The notes: generated by a model from the sequence alone, not told the origin. A stretch of DNA of 64,000 nt from Amoeboaphelidium protococcarum X5 (GCA_023515725.1 JALDTO010000155.1:157091-221090), one strand, 5' to 3'; shown: positions 38,452-52,607, counted from the first letter of the stretch. Made by a program: numbers and translations.

Positions 38452-40649
38452 ATGTCTCAGAATAAAAAAATTCGTTTGATAGATTAGAAGGATGCTCATA
38501 GTATAAGCGTCACACAGACAATAAGTTCTCTGGCGAATGCGGTGAAAGAAGTCGTAGAAAATAGTCTTGACGCCAACTCTTCAGTGATAGGTACGATTCA
38601 TTAGCGTTATTAATTAAAATTTATTCCCATTAAATTCATTATGTGTAGAAGCGACATTCTATAATTATGGTCTTGATGGAGTTAAAGTATCTGATAACGG
38701 TAGCGGGATAGCTGAGGATCAATTCGCTGCACTTGGTATGTCTTTTGTTGAATTCACCCAATAAATCGGTATAAATCATCTTCATTATAAGGAGAGTAGC
38801 TTTGAGAAATCATACGTCTAAAATAGATTCGCTGTAATAATTAGCTGAATCTGACTCTTTTGGATTTAGAGGTGAAGGTTTGAATGCTTTATGCTTTATG
38901 TCAGACGTGGAGATTGTCACGCGTCATTCTACGTCATCCACGGGGTTCTAATTGACTTTTGACCACTCTGGTGGTATTGAAAGACAGGCAGTACAGAGTA
39001 GAGATCAAGGCACTACAGTATAGATTTCGAATCTGTTTGCCTCTCTGCCCGTGCGCAGGTAAGAGTTTATACGGAACCATAAGAAGGAGTATGCCAAATG
39101 TGTCTCGCTGCTGACTGAATATGGCTTAGTAATGTCTAATCGCACTAAACTCTGTGTTAAGCATTAACTATAGAAGGCTGGTAGTAATAATGCGGAGAAA
39201 GTTTTACTATGTTCTGGTGAGTCTTTGATGGCAAATGCCACAGCGGTGTATGGAATCAAGTTTGCAAATACTCTCCGGCCTTTAAGTGGCTTCTCGCTAA
39301 CTGGTGATGGCGATATTGCATAGTGTCAGGTTGACGGTCTGATGAGTGCCGGCGGATAAGGTAGAAGTTCTGCGGACCGTCAATATCTCTATATCAATCG
39401 TCGTCCAGTGCACCTACCTAAAATTACTCGCCTATTGAATGAAGTGTGGAAGAGCCAGTATCCTCAATCTTATCCGTGCTATGTTCTAACGTTCACCGTG
39501 CCTGCAAATTCTTATGACGTTAATGTCACTCCTGATAAACGGTAAATTCTCCTGCACAATGAGTAGTAGATTATGTAATGGCTCCGAGATGTTGTGTCAG
39601 AATGGATAAATTCCAACTCTGGCTCTATTTAACGTTAAGTGCTATCTCAGTAGACTTAACTGTTTCCAAGTCAGTCCTCTGAATCTAAAACGTCCTCATT
39701 ATCATCATTGTCAAGTTCTATGGCTTCACTTTAATCACAGCCATAGTCATCATCATAATCATAATCACTATCTATGAAAGAGGACTAATCTCAAGTCAAG
39801 TTGAAAGTCCTCAGTGATGTGAATCTACTACTGCCAGATTCGAACAAGAAGTTTCATGTTCATAATGTTAATGAATATTTAAAGATTGATTTGAATGACA
39901 TTGAAAGTGGTTTGATTGAAAAGTTACAATAGGAAGAAGATGACTATATAAATAGTGATTAGGTGAGCAGTCAAACTCTTGATATTGAAGGTGAACGTGC
40001 TGAAGAGCAGACTGCAGTCCGATTGAGCAAGTTGTAATTCCAAGACATGTAGGTGGTGGGACAGTTTAATCTGGCATTTATCATTGCGAAACTCCAATCT
40101 GAATCCGGCATGGACTATTTTGTGGTGGATTAGCATGCAAGTGATGAAAAGACTCGATTCGAAATGTATATGCAGAACCTGAGAATCTAATGCCAGCCAC
40201 TTGTAAATCCTCTGACTGTTCACTTGACACCAAATCAAGTTCAAATAGTGATGGAGAATGAATAACTGTTTAAAAGCAACGGATTTATCGTGTCGACTGC
40301 TCCAGGAGATTCATCAGCCATCTGCATTAAATCCTTACCGACTCTAAATGGTCGCACTTACACACAATCTGATTTCGAGGAACTGCTGCTGTAACTCACC
40401 GACTCCGATGGTCATCATTGCCATGGAGATAGTGGTGATCGTTGCTGTTCAAAGACTAGAGCCGTGCTAGCATCGAAAGCTTGTCGATCAGCTATAATGG
40501 TTGGCGATACGCTGAGTGCAAATAAAATGCAGCAAGTTGTCAGCGGTTTATCTAAATTGGATCATCCCTGGTGTTGTCCACATGGTCGACCTACTATCCG
40601 GTGGTTATACTCCAGCCAAACTAACTAGTCTTCATAATCGCAGCCTTGA
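38452..40649 (+). CDS. PMS1: MutL-family mismatch-repair endonuclease Pms1 (PMS2 ortholog); introns 38591-38648 and 38736-38799
   Basis: AVKEVVENSLDA, DNGSGI, FGFRGEGL, DVNVTPDKR, GQFNLAFI, DQHASDEK, ACRSAIMVG, CPHGRP. Confidence 0.93.
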
Positions 40650-40878
40650 ATTGAGTTATTGATATTCCAATACTTACCGTCGTAGTTCTAGATAGTGCAA
40701 TGTGAACGTGTATATAAGCTTAATGAGTTATAAATGTTTAGGTAAGAACATATATGCAGAAAGCCCATGATAAATAATCTTTATTTATTATTAGACAGTA
40801 CACAACTCCAATTTCAATCTCAAATACAAATAGCATTACTTCCCTCTTAATAGAAATGCAATGAGTAATACTCAATGA

Positions 40879-41615
40879 TCAGACAGTTCTACGGTCAGTC
40901 ATGACGCGAACAATACAGCCAACACCACCAACCTCGAAAGTCTTTTCGTGCCAGGAGAGGAGAGTCTGAGGATTAAACTTATCCGGAAACTCCATGCCAC
41001 GGTAGACATACTTCATCAAAGTATCCACATCATCCTAACTGAGTCCTTTCAAAATGTTAGGAATGTCTGCAGCCTTGACAGCACTCAAAATATCTATCAC
41101 AGTCTAGGTATGCTTCAACTACAATACTTTATGATGATAAGACATAATTATAAAGACGTCATGAGACATTCATCAAAAAGTACACAGATATATACCTTTG
41201 TTTATTGCGGCGCAGATCCAGTTGGAGCATTAGCAAGTGCAACTTTCAAAGCATCAGCTACTCCACCTCTACAATCATCAACTCGAAATAATATCATAAA
41301 GTAGATCAAGATTATGTGATGCAATATTCAAGAACAATAATACCTAGTCAACAGCTGTCTAACTTCCTGAGCAGCAGAGTTCACCTACTTCTCAATCTCC
41401 TGTGCCTGACGAGGAGGATGCAAATCCACATTGGTCACATTGGCCACGAGACGCCCAGATGAAGCAGGAGCAGCACCTCCAGCTGCAGCATCTTCATCAG
41501 CACTAAACTTTGCCTGCAGCAATTCTTCATCTTCAACAAATCTATCCTCATCAAATGCATCCACGTCAATCTTTCTGTACGCATTCTGGTCAACTTGGGT
41601 AGGCATACTTGGCAT
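40879..41615 (-). CDS. ARPC5: Arp2/3 complex subunit 5 (Arc15); introns 41119-41195 and 41269-41343
   Basis: YRKIDVDAFDED, DTLMKYVYRGM, LLSWHEK, GGVGCIVRVMTDRRTV. Confidence 0.93.
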
Positions 41616-42019
41616 ATTTTCTCAGTACAAAAATTCTATTTTATTGATGATATATTAACCAACTACCCAATAAAATATTCAGAATAAAATGTTCAAATAA
41701 GACTATTTAATCACAGAATATATACTTACTATTAAAATGGGTTCAGCCAGAGGATTATAAAACGGGCGACGTTTGAAAGGAAAGAGGGAAAAGAGAAACG
41801 TTTGAATTAAAGAGAACGATGATCGTTGAACTGAACTCAGTTCTTGGGCGAAACGAAAACGCGATTCTGTGAAAGATTTCTCGTATGATACAAAACACCG
41901 TGCTGTGATTGTAAGAACATCTCTAATCTTCAACAGATGTGAAAGTAGTTTAAACTAGCAATTAAATTGCTACGTAATTATAAATGTTTTCTCTTTTCCC
42001 ATACCAAATTTCATCATCA

Positions 42020-43476
42020 TCATTTATGTAAATCGTAAATGTACTTTTCAACGTCAAAGTCTACATATTTGGACACTTGCTTGATTGATGGCAGCGAGAT
42101 GTTGATTTTGAGTCTCAGACATTCCAGGGAGCGATCCATAGTGGATGAGCATTTGTTGAGTAGTTTCATAGAGATTAGAGATTAAATCTAGCTATGAATC
42201 TAGATTGCATTTTTATCCGCATACTGAGCGGCACTATCGATGATAATGTTCTCAAAGATGCCAAGCATTCTGTCCACTTCAAACGTTTTCGGTCCAGTGT
42301 GAACTGAGGCAAACTTATTCAAATTCTTATTTTGTAATCTAAGAGACTTTTATCCATTTCTGCCTTGTACCTATCTACTTCCGAAAACTTTGGAATCAAA
42401 TTTGGACGGGTTGTATGACGCAAGGTATGATGCAATTAATATAAATTTGGCAAGGCTTGGTAAATCAGTCAGACGACGCGCAGTTTAATCATGGATACTA
42501 ACATTCTCTTTTAACAGAACGCGACGTAGAAAGTTCGCCTGAGACACTTGTCTCATGTACAAGTTGATAATATCATCACGCAGGTGATCTTTCAAATGGT
42601 TCAGAAGCCTTCTTACAACTAGACTGTACTCTTGATCACTCTCTGAGTTTTCTATCAGGTCCTTGTAGTTTTACTGCTAATTATAATTACCATCCATCTC
42701 ATTAAACAGCGGTGCAACGTAGACAGAAAATAAAGATTAAGTCACATAACTTATATCCGTAACTTTAACCGACTTGGACTTTAATGCGTCATACACAATT
42801 CTAGCCAGACTTTCGTAAAGCTTCCCATACAAAATCTTCTCCTTCAATGTCTTATCTAAAGGGTGGAAGCGTTATGCTAGTTTAAATGATTATTCAAAAG
42901 AAGACTAAAACACTATTTCAATACACTCCTTCTAAGAATACTCTTGCAGATACAATATCTAAGGATCCGAAAATCCACAAAGACCAAAAGCTTCCCAATT
43001 CAAATGACTCGCCATTACTATGTTGAGTTGAGACTGCGAACCAATGCTGACTAGAAAATCATTCACCTTCATCAGAGAAGCCACAAAGTCTATACAGTCT
43101 TAGAGTTCATGAGCATTATCCAAAACTAAAATAACGCTCTTGTTCAACTTTGACAGGATATCCGTAAAGTCTAAAATATTTTTGGGAGAAGAGTCGGACT
43201 CAAGCACTCTCAGCACAGTTCTAAGAATAGCTGTGCAATCATGAGCAACCAAAGTGCAATCGACACAAGCAACAACTTATTCATCAACTTGGCTGACGAA
43301 GTTCTTCAATAAAGTTGTCTTTCCACTACTGTATCCTCCATAAACGTAAAGCAGTGGCACTGGATATTCACTCTACAATGTCCTCGGAGGTGAATTCATC
43401 AAAATTTAATCTAAGTGAATCTTACATTCAAATAGGAATTGAGAAACTCCAACTCCAACTCTCTACCAATAAGCAT
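42020..43476 (-). CDS. ORC5: origin recognition complex subunit 5; intron 43373-43425
   Basis: LYVYGGYSSGKT, VFDNA, AKFILIASYLASYNP, GPKTFEVDRMLGIF, DFDVEKYIYD; stop TGA followed by three further in-frame TGA. Confidence 0.88.
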
Positions 43477-43801
43477 AATTACAAAGACTAATGATAATAA
43501 ATCAAAGGTTAAATTTGACAACAAGTGAGACGTATTACTTCAATCTAAAACAGCAGCTAAATATGCCTGTTTCAGTAGCACTGGGAATGTGTTTCATTCA
43601 GCAATTATATTGGAAACAAGGAGACTTTTAACGCGACGCGTGATCTTTTGAAACGACTCACCCACCCACAGAAGAGATCGCACAGGGTGGGAACCATTTT
43701 AGCAGTTTCTGCAATCATTCTTGCAAAGTCTATTCATCATTCCAATTCCATACCGTAATTCTGCCTTCGCTGTTCCGTCTCCTGATACTGAATAGAATAA
43801 T

Positions 43802-44632
43802 ATGTCTCAAAATTAATTTTTGCTACCTGTGGAGCCTTGGATTAAGTTCACCTCTACCACTGTGGGAAGGGATAAGCTGTATCGTACGGTGCAGTACTTT
43901 AGCAAGTTTCTGGCCTTTTACCTGAGCAAGTCAGACTCATCGAAGGATCTTGCTGACCGTCTGACTAGATTGTCTGCTGCCGTTGGTCTGGCTCGTAAGT
44001 TGTTTAGATTTGGGAAACCGGCTGATTTTATTCAGACTATATTCAAGTCGCTGAGTATCAAGGACGATGTTATAAAAACTTGCGCAATCGGTCGCTCCAT
44101 GTTTCTGGCAATGTGGCTAGGCTTGGATACCTTGTAGTGGTTGAACGCTCATAAAGTTATCAATTTGCCAGCTGCTCCAGCCACCATTCAAGCTATAAGC
44201 GCGGTATCTGGTGGTCCTTTGACTAACAAGACTTCCGCTTATGCTGCATCCTCCAACAATCCAAATCCATTGAACTCTTCCCTGCAGTTGTTCTCATTGC
44301 CGTGGGTGAATAAGAATGCTGCCCGTTGTTGGTTCATTGGACTCTTGTTCGCTATCAGTGCCGACCTGTGGCGTCTGAGGGGAAACATCCAGAGAGTCGA
44401 GGTGCTGGAAAGAGCCAAGAAGGGTGGTACTGATGTTGATGACATTAGAAAGGAGTTGAGTACTTTAAAGCGTGAACAGAAGAAGATTTATCTAGAATTG
44501 ACTTAAGATACGTTGGACCTCGTGATCCCGGGATCGCTGCTGGAAATCATCAAGGTGGACAATGGGTTTGTTGGTCTAGTAGGTACCATCACGTCTCTAA
44601 TCGGCTGGAACGCTGCATGGCCTCGCAATTGA
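43802..44632 (+). CDS. PEX11: peroxisomal membrane protein Pex11, 276 aa
   Basis: TVGRDKLYRTVQYFSKFL, ARKLFRFGK, QDTLDLVIP, VGLVGTITSLIG. Confidence 0.92.
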
Positions 44633-44914
44633 ACATGATATATAGTCAGTGTAATAAGAATTGTTAAAAGTTTCTCTTAGTCCTTGTTGCTGTTACTATT
44701 TTCATACTAGTTCTATGACGATATTCCAACGTGTTAAAAATAACGCGTGATCGGCCACCGTTAATTGGATTGGACGGCGCCCAGAATAGCATCACATCAG
44801 CTACTGATTAGCCTTACTTGATCGACTCTTATCTCTTTTTACTTATCAATTTTACACCATTACATTATTTGATATATCAAATACTGCTAAGGATTTTCAA
44901 TTACAAAAGATATC

Positions 44915-46573
44915 ATGATGGAGATTTAAAGCAGCCGCGCACTTGGAAAACCTGATCATTATGACACGGTAAAGTTGGCTGGAATGAAGCGTAAAAACAA
45001 GAGTAAAAGTAAAAGCTTTGCGGCCGCCAAGTCGTAATAAATAAACTCTCCAGACACAGTGGCCAGCAGTAATAGTAGCTTTAATTCACAATCTGGAAAT
45101 AGAAAGAGAAAGCGTGGACACACTGCGCCTGTCAGTATTGAATCGTGTGAATTTGGCAAGATGAACTCGCGTTAGATGAAACAGCGATTCGACTCTGTAA
45201 CAACTCCTCGAAAATCTGCTCAATATCATCAGGTTGAATCTGTGATAAAGACGCCAATTGATGGTCAGGATTATGACTTGCAGCTGCGATTAGAAGAGTC
45301 TGTCGTCAAACTGATAAATGATTCCATACAGCTTGAGGATAAAATTGATTTTGAACTAGACTTAGTTGATGGAGATGTGGAATCAAAAAGCATTGATCAG
45401 CAGGCACTAGTCTCAAAACAGCTGTCCATGATGTCAATATCTACAAGTTCATCATCCTCCCAAGAATCTGATGATGCAATGTCATAGTCCAGGGAGAGTC
45501 TTGATGATCTACAAAACAGCGGATATAAATCTGATGGCTCTGCAAGTAGTAGCATGACCACCTCGTCTGTCTCTCTTAGAAGAAAGCCGAGAATCCAGAC
45601 GCGTCGCGTAGGCTCTGAGCAAAGACTGAAACAGCGCGAGTAGAGAAAGCAGCTTTATGAGCGTCGCATGTCTGCCGCTGCTGATAATGATGGCTATATG
45701 AGTGATGATACTGACTACAAGCTCCGTGATATGACTCCATTGGAGAATAGGGTCCATGGTAAAAAGACCAGACGTAAATCTCTTACATTGGAGAGTCTAA
45801 ATCAGTCTGTGATGCGCTCTGGTCTTCAGCAGATGGTTTTAAATTTTTTCACTCCATTAGATGCTAATACTCTCTAAATGCTGGATGTTGCAACCTCTGA
45901 CAAGGCTACTGCTTCGAATACACTAAAGACTACCGCCACTTTGAAAGGGATGATAAAGAGCTGGAGACGCGCCTTAATGTCCACCAATGACGACAGCACC
46001 TTAAGTAGAAACGCGACTAAAAATAGCACTGCTGAAATGAGACAATACATTATCGGTCAATCCCCTCCGCACTTGGTTAGACGTTTGAGTAGAATCTCAA
46101 CATCAAAATTGAGTAACATGCCTACAACATCTGGTGAGATTGATGCCAAGTATCTAAAAGCCTCGCCGAGCCAAGTTAGACGCAACCGTGGTCTGAGAGA
46201 GTAAGTGCTTATTATGAACATGCTCCAAGACCTCCTACTGGCTTAGAACAAGAGTCTTGAAGAGATTCAGCAAATGAAACGTCGCGCCACCAAGATGAAG
46301 CCGCGCAAATAGAGAAAGTAGCCGATGTCTCTTGTTCAGCAGATTGATTCCGGTGTGAAAGGTGGTAATGGTGGTGTACATAAGGCTGCGAAGGTGAAGA
46401 CGGATGCTTTCAAGATGATGTTAGATGAAATTCCAGATGATGATCAAGAGCAACGCTAACCTCGCCGCAATTCTGCAGATCCAGTCATGACAAGTAACAA
46501 CCACAACGCCGTCGATGATGAAGACGATGAAAAGCCTCTTGGTGTACTCTTCCAAACTGAATTGCTATAATGA
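44915..46573 (+). CDS. hypothetical Ser/basic low-complexity protein, 552 aa
   Basis: Continuous table-6 frame joining three standard-code fragments; C-terminal DDEDDEKPLG; ends TAA TGA. Confidence 0.7.
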
Positions 46574-46830
46574 ATGCATATTTGACTTATTAATATATAG
46601 AATATAGAGATTGCATCTCCTACGTTTGTCTCTTTTTTACCAATGCCTTTAAGAGTATATTCTGGAACTTAATCATTTATTTGTATGGCGGATCATCTAG
46701 AACTTTAGTCTTCACCGCATCCAACATAGCAACCACGATTACATATGACTAAAATGAAGAATTTAAGTATTGTCTCCAGGTACGCACATTATCACCTTTG
46801 ATTTGCAGATCCCAAAATTGAATTGCAATC

Positions 46831-47604
46831 ATGAGCTCTGTACAACTAAATTAAGACTATGCTATTCGTGGAGATGATTATGTTGTGTCTGGATTGGATG
46901 TCGGATCTGCTGGCGATCTGGTATACAGAGTAACTTAGTAGAAAGGTTCTTGTGGTAAATTAAAGCTTCATTTTGAAAAATGTATCAAGTTGGATGGCGC
47001 ATAATCAGAGTTTGAACCTTAATTAGAATTAATCGGCCAATTTTAAGAGTGCCGTATAAACAGTCTTCAAAGTCAAGATCATGACCAAGTGCTTGAGTTT
47101 AAGCAACGCCAAATATTTGGTCCATGGGCATCAGGCTATCAGTTTGTAGTCAAATGGGATCGTTATATCCCATACGTGTAATTAGTCGGTCATAACTAGA
47201 AAGTTTACGCATTGAGGCATATAAAAGGGCGTGGTATTAATGCGGAATATGATGTCGTGGCAAGATCCATCGATGCTGTGCCAAGTGAAACTATTGTTGG
47301 AAATGTAAGTCATCAAATGAAATGCGTAGGATGTCACTGCTGCAAAGATAAGAACCGCGTACATACAGCTTCCCAGATCCGTTTATATCAAAACCAGTTG
47401 TCTGAAAAGTATGTGCCAATGTTTTTCTGTTTGACCATTGCTTAATAGTCTTGGCGCTCGGTATTTTTCATGGGTGTAGTGGGTGCACCTGTTGTTGTTT
47501 TAATTATTTTGGCATACATCGGAGTATTACCATATGAACTTGCGAGTGCTATATCGGGTGTTTTAAGTCTGATTGCATTTATCTGCGCTCTAACGGTATA
47601 CTGA
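46831..47604 (+). CDS. hypothetical protein, beta-rich domain with two C-terminal hydrophobic helices, 257 aa
   Basis: Open table-6 frame from ATG to TGA; hydrophobic C-terminus. Confidence 0.6.
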
Positions 47605-47996
47605 AGAATGAGGTGTCGATAGATTTGTTTTTGACAAGATTAAAAGTTGATGACTTTTCTGCGTTTCTTTGGCCCTTAACACCTAATTTAAATTTAGGCA
47701 GCCTTAAAAGCATATACTCAGAATCGCCTCTAATGACCTCTTTGCTCTTAACTATTGTAATCTCACGCTCGTTTCAAATCTGATTGAGCTAATCGTTTCA
47801 TCACTGGGACGGTCTCTCTTTCGCTCTCGTTCGTTCGATCGGTATCGCTCTATTTTCTTCTTTCGGTAAGCAACGTTTTGAGTCGTATGTGAGACATCAA
47901 TATTGCTATTTCATTGTACTTTGCATAAAGAATTTATTATAGCATTCAACTCCATTGAACTCTGACGCATTATTTTCTAGAAAACGCTTGAAGGAA

Positions 47997-49370
47997 ATGA
48001 GCGTGATTAACTACTCCAAGTGGGATAAAATTGAACTGTCTGATGATGAGGACATTGAGTGTCACCCAAACATTGACAAGGCCAGTTGGGTGAGGATGAT
48101 GCAGAGGAAGATTCATTAGGAGAGAGAGGACCGCAAGATGCGCATTGCTCAAATGAAGTCTGAACACTCGACTAATATTGAGTTGCGCAAGTTGATTGTG
48201 AAAATGTCTGAAGATTTTAAAGCTCAGAAAGAGGAGCAGAACAGATCCATGGTGGAGTAGTTGTTGCGAGATGTCCATCTTTTTGACACTACCAGAAAAG
48301 CCAAACTGCTGGACCCATAGTCTGAAGAGTATCTGTAGATCAAGGATGTATAGGAAGTGTATTTGATGTTGGTCTCTCGTCTCCTGGATGAAGGCAAGGT
48401 GGAGCGAAAGACCAATGTAGTTATTGAATAATTGCCACGTATTCTCACCGCTGAACTTCCTAAACTGGACAAGAGATAGAAGGAATTGTTGGAGAAGATT
48501 GCGACTGAAGAGAAGGAGCAAAATAAAAAGTTGACATCTGAGAATATTGGACATGAGGGATTCAGTAAGACTATAATTAATACCAAGCCTGATCCTAAAG
48601 AGTAGAAAGCTAAAGCTGGCAAGCAGTCTCAGAAGTAAATTGAAGTTCTAAATCCTGATCATGCGCAGAAAGCCATCTAGAAATCATCCGTGCAGAATTA
48701 AAGTGGTGGTGGTGCAGCAGGAGGGGATGCTGATGTGGATTTGAGGGAGCTATCTTAAGATGAAGATTAGATGATGTTGGACTTTGTCAAGTGCAAAGAT
48801 TTCACAGAGTCTTTTCACTTTATTCAGCAACACCCGGAAATTGTATAGAAGGAATTTAGTGATCATATAATGGCTCGTGCGTTCAAATGCCAGATGGATG
48901 GAAAGAGTTAGGAGGCTAAGCGTTGTGTTAAGTGGTCTCTTGCTCTGAACTATGCCCTGTAGATGGGCAGAGATGGTGTTGGCTTATTCTACAAGCGCAT
49001 GACTGGTGAGGCTAAGGAGCCACTTGCATTATTTGAATAAGACTTGGAAAGTACGTATAATCACGTCAAGGAGAGATCAAAGATACTGAAAGCTAAGCAG
49101 AATTCCAAGGATCTGGATGAAGATAATTCTAATCTAACTCCAGAACAAGCGGTAGTATTCAAGACTTTTCCAAAGCATTTCTAGGATGCCATGTATAGCG
49201 GTGACATGAACAAGATCAATGAAAGTTTTGGTAAAATGACAGAGGAGGAATCTGCACGTGTAATGGCTGACTGTCAAAAAACTGGCCTGATCAGTGTGCT
49301 GAGTGAGGAAGAATCTAAACAATATCTACCCCAGGAGAGTGACTCTGAAAAGAAGATGGTTGAATAATGA
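47997..49370 (+). CDS. CDC37: Hsp90 kinase co-chaperone Cdc37, 457 aa
   Basis: INYSKWDKIELSDDEDIECHPNIDKASW; ends TAA TGA. Confidence 0.95.
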
Positions 49371-49476
49371 TTGATAATCAATGGATATGTTAGGAGTTGC
49401 AATCATGTCGAGTATATAATGTTTTGTTATTAATCATCAATCAATTAACTATCAACTAACCATCACGGTATTTCAA

Positions 49477-49820
49477 TCATTGGCTGAGAATCTTCTTGCC
49501 AGTCTTCTAGATGGCAGCGACAACCTCATCCTTGGGCACTTTTCCGTAAATATCAACGCTTTAAGCCTACACAATAATTATCCATTAACTCATTATAATG
49601 ATAAAATATAACGTTAATCAGCTTACGTTCAAATCAGTGACCACCTTGTCCACTCCACCGACGCGCTTCAACGCACGCTCCACGGCGCCTGAGCATCCAC
49701 TGCAAGCCATTTACACTTTGAACTAATAGTGCTACACTCATTTACTCAGCGAATTGATCAAATAGAAATTGGAAATGAAAATATCAAGCTCATGCTTACA
49801 TTTAAATCTTTAGAATCCAT
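49477..49820 (-). CDS. ATX1: copper chaperone Atx1 (HMA domain); two introns
   Basis: YQFKVQMACSGCSGAVERAL...AIQKTGK after removing two gtaag...tgtag introns. Confidence 0.93.
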
Positions 49821-50034
49821 AGCGATAATATAAAATATGAGTATAAATATAAAATGCAAGATGACAAGCTAATATAAATAGGAAAGTACAAGTAGAAATA
49901 TTGATTGACACGATGATTTGCCAAGCAGAAATTCGATTCGTTGATTGAAACCATTCCATTTTAGCCAATCAAAATTAAGATACACTTTTTGCATTACACT
50001 AGCCACATGATAGTTTGTACATTAATATATCTAG

Positions 50035-52005
50035 TCATTGAGTGGCAGTCAATTAACCAGTGACTCTGTACACTTTGATTATAGAATCTATTAACGCGCT
50101 GAGAGTCTTGACCACAAGTTGATCTTCATCCTGATAATCGTACACATTCAACTTGTCCAAGATTGATGATGATGATGATGATAATCCGCCATTAATATTA
50201 TTAACCTAGTAATTTTCAAAATCTATTTACATGCCATAATTACCACATAGAGTCTGAATTCGCTTAGTTATTAATCGTAACACTTTTAATAATCTTTAAA
50301 TCTTGTCGCGAATGGCTTTCTACTACGATGCTACAACATCATTTCCAGTTTGCAATGTAGTTTGAAGAGATTAATGTTAACCTATTAGAAGCCATAGGTG
50401 CCTTAGAATCTCTGTTGCATTCACGTTGACATTCAATAGATCTTGGTACGTGTCTGCCGGCAATAACGATACTGGAGAGACGAAACCTTGAGCTTCAGTT
50501 ATATAATTCTAGAACTGATTAAATGACTTGAAATCCTCTAGACTTTCATGCGCAGTAGAAGCATTAACTACTTGATATAAAACTTGTTAATAAAATCCAA
50601 TTCTCTCTTGAACGATAGCATCATCAACACCAAATTAGTGATCAAAAGTCGTAAGATTATCATTATGGTCTTGCCAGTCCAGGTTGATATAGTGAGGCTA
50701 GGTATCCAATTACAAATCATCAAGTTAAGTAACATCTTTGAGCAGCTGCTTATGCTTGGGCACTACCGATTACTCATTAACAGCAGATAACTGTGAATTA
50801 AACTTTTATCTCTTTGCTTTGGATTACTTTAGATTACCATTATCACCATCTAGAGTATTCAATACAACTTCAGAGTGATAATTGAGGCGTCTAAAGAGAG
50901 AACGCGTAGTGGTATCATCCTAAACAGAGGCAAGTCGACCGTCAAAGTTGGCTATAGAATCACCTCCAAAATCCTCAATAGTCTCCTGCTCTGTAACATC
51001 CACAAGAAATGATTATAGTTGCTTTCGAGAACCACTATCTGCTGCTGCTGCTCCATCTTTCTATTAGGAATCAGCAGCAGTGTTAGTCCGATGCGACAAG
51101 AGATCCTCTTCATCAGCGAACGCTTTGTCAAATATGGCATCCTTCTTCCTGCTCTTATCCTTACTAAAGAAGACACTCTGGAGGCACCTGGTCCAGAACT
51201 CCTTCTCATCCATAGACTTGGTGGTGGAGACGTGTTCATCATACACCGCTTTAATCTTGGGATGATGAGCGAATATATTCTCTATAATCTCCTTGTTGAG
51301 TACAAACTTCATCTCCTACTGGCTACTTATTGAAGATGATGACCCTGATGTTGATGCATTCCGGACTATATCATCGATGAACTGCCCATTCATTCCCTTT
51401 CTCATTGACCGCTCTGCTAATAGAGTCTGCAATAGCTCCTGCCTGTCTGGGAGTGACCAGAAATCTTCCTCTGATATAAACTTGGAATCCACCACCAAAG
51501 CATAATGCAACCTTTTCAGTTGAGGAAACTTATTTAGCGCGGCATGTCTCTACTTGAGATCCTCCAGAGTTATAGATTACTTTCTAGCTCCAGTTGCAGC
51601 TGCCTGGGAATAAGTATCACCAGACCGAGATCCCACCAGAACCATTACCATTGAGAGACCATCCTTGAACTTGTCTCTTACTCGCCGCTCTCCCTCTGCA
51701 GTAACATCACGCTTAATATCTTCACCGACACCATCGCTGACATCTTTATGAAACTGGAACGTATGGGACTCTTCTTTCCCAGTTTAATTCTAATCTTTAA
51801 CTTGCAATTTAATCAGAGCCTTCGATGATGATGCCGGATTCACTAGCTATTTAACTATGGAAGATATAGGTATGGTAAGAGGCGACAGTCCAGGAGCGAA
51901 TGCTTTAAATTGCAGCGATACTTCTGTTAAAATCAAATGTCCTCTTGCTTTGTTATACGTGACTTCAGCCTTAAAGGGCAAATCTTTAGTGCTGATATTT
52001 GCCAT
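50035..52005 (-). CDS. TFB1: TFIIH subunit Tfb1/p62, 656 aa
   Basis: N-terminal PH-like domain, BSD motifs LKRLHYALVV..ISEEDFW and IIENIFAHHPKIKAVYDEHV..MDEKEFWTR, RRLNYHSEVVL. Confidence 0.88.
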
Positions 52006-52142
52006 TTTAATGTTAAAACTGACGCGACGGATAAGTGATGAAGAAGACGGTTCGATCGAAAGAATGCAAATAGGAAGAGCTCACACTCTATCTATCTGAG
52101 AACGAAATAATAATAATCAACGTCAATATTATATAACAACAA

Positions 52143-52607
52143 TCAAGAGGACTCATTATTGCCGTTAGATGTCATCTGTTAAGCAATGACGCGTTTGGAA
52201 GCATCAAGTCTATACAAAGCGGTGGCGAGTTCTTACTTTAACCGCTGATTTTCTCGATCTAGAATTATCAGTGCCTTATGCTCCAACAATTCCACTTGCT
52301 ATAGCTTTTACTTTATTGCTTCCGCTTAAGTATTTATATTCTGGTCCCTACCACTGTCTTTTAGTTATAAGAATCCAGCGAGTGGTAAGAGATCCGCTTT
52401 AGTGATGATTTGGCCTCTATGCGGATCTTTACCTCCATTCTCTTCAAGATACTGCTCAATTACTCGTCGCTCATACACCAGTCCGCTAGAAGTCACAACC
52501 ACAGGTTCTTCAGGTATTCTCCCAGACACTACACATTAACTAAAACTGTGTGATGTTCACATTCCTAAAATATATAAAGTAAACTTACGCGCGCACAACA
52601 ATAACAT
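52143..52607 (-). CDS. Prp19-like U-box plus coiled-coil protein lacking the WD40 domain, 134 aa; intron 52529-52588
   Basis: MLLLCALSGRIPEEPVVVTSSGLVYERRVIEQYL..GKDP and LKQELATALYRLDASKRVIA, then TGA. Confidence 0.8.

Noticed and set aside
37947-40649. CAF1-PMS1 fusion protein
   Set aside because: The CAF1 frame differs from the PMS1 frame and hits TGA near 38568; PMS1 has its own intact ATG at 38452.
47866-47980. Possible CDC37 5'-UTR intron hosting a snoRNA
   Set aside because: gtaag...ttctag is plausible but cannot be verified by frame, and no convincing C box pairs with the CTGA.
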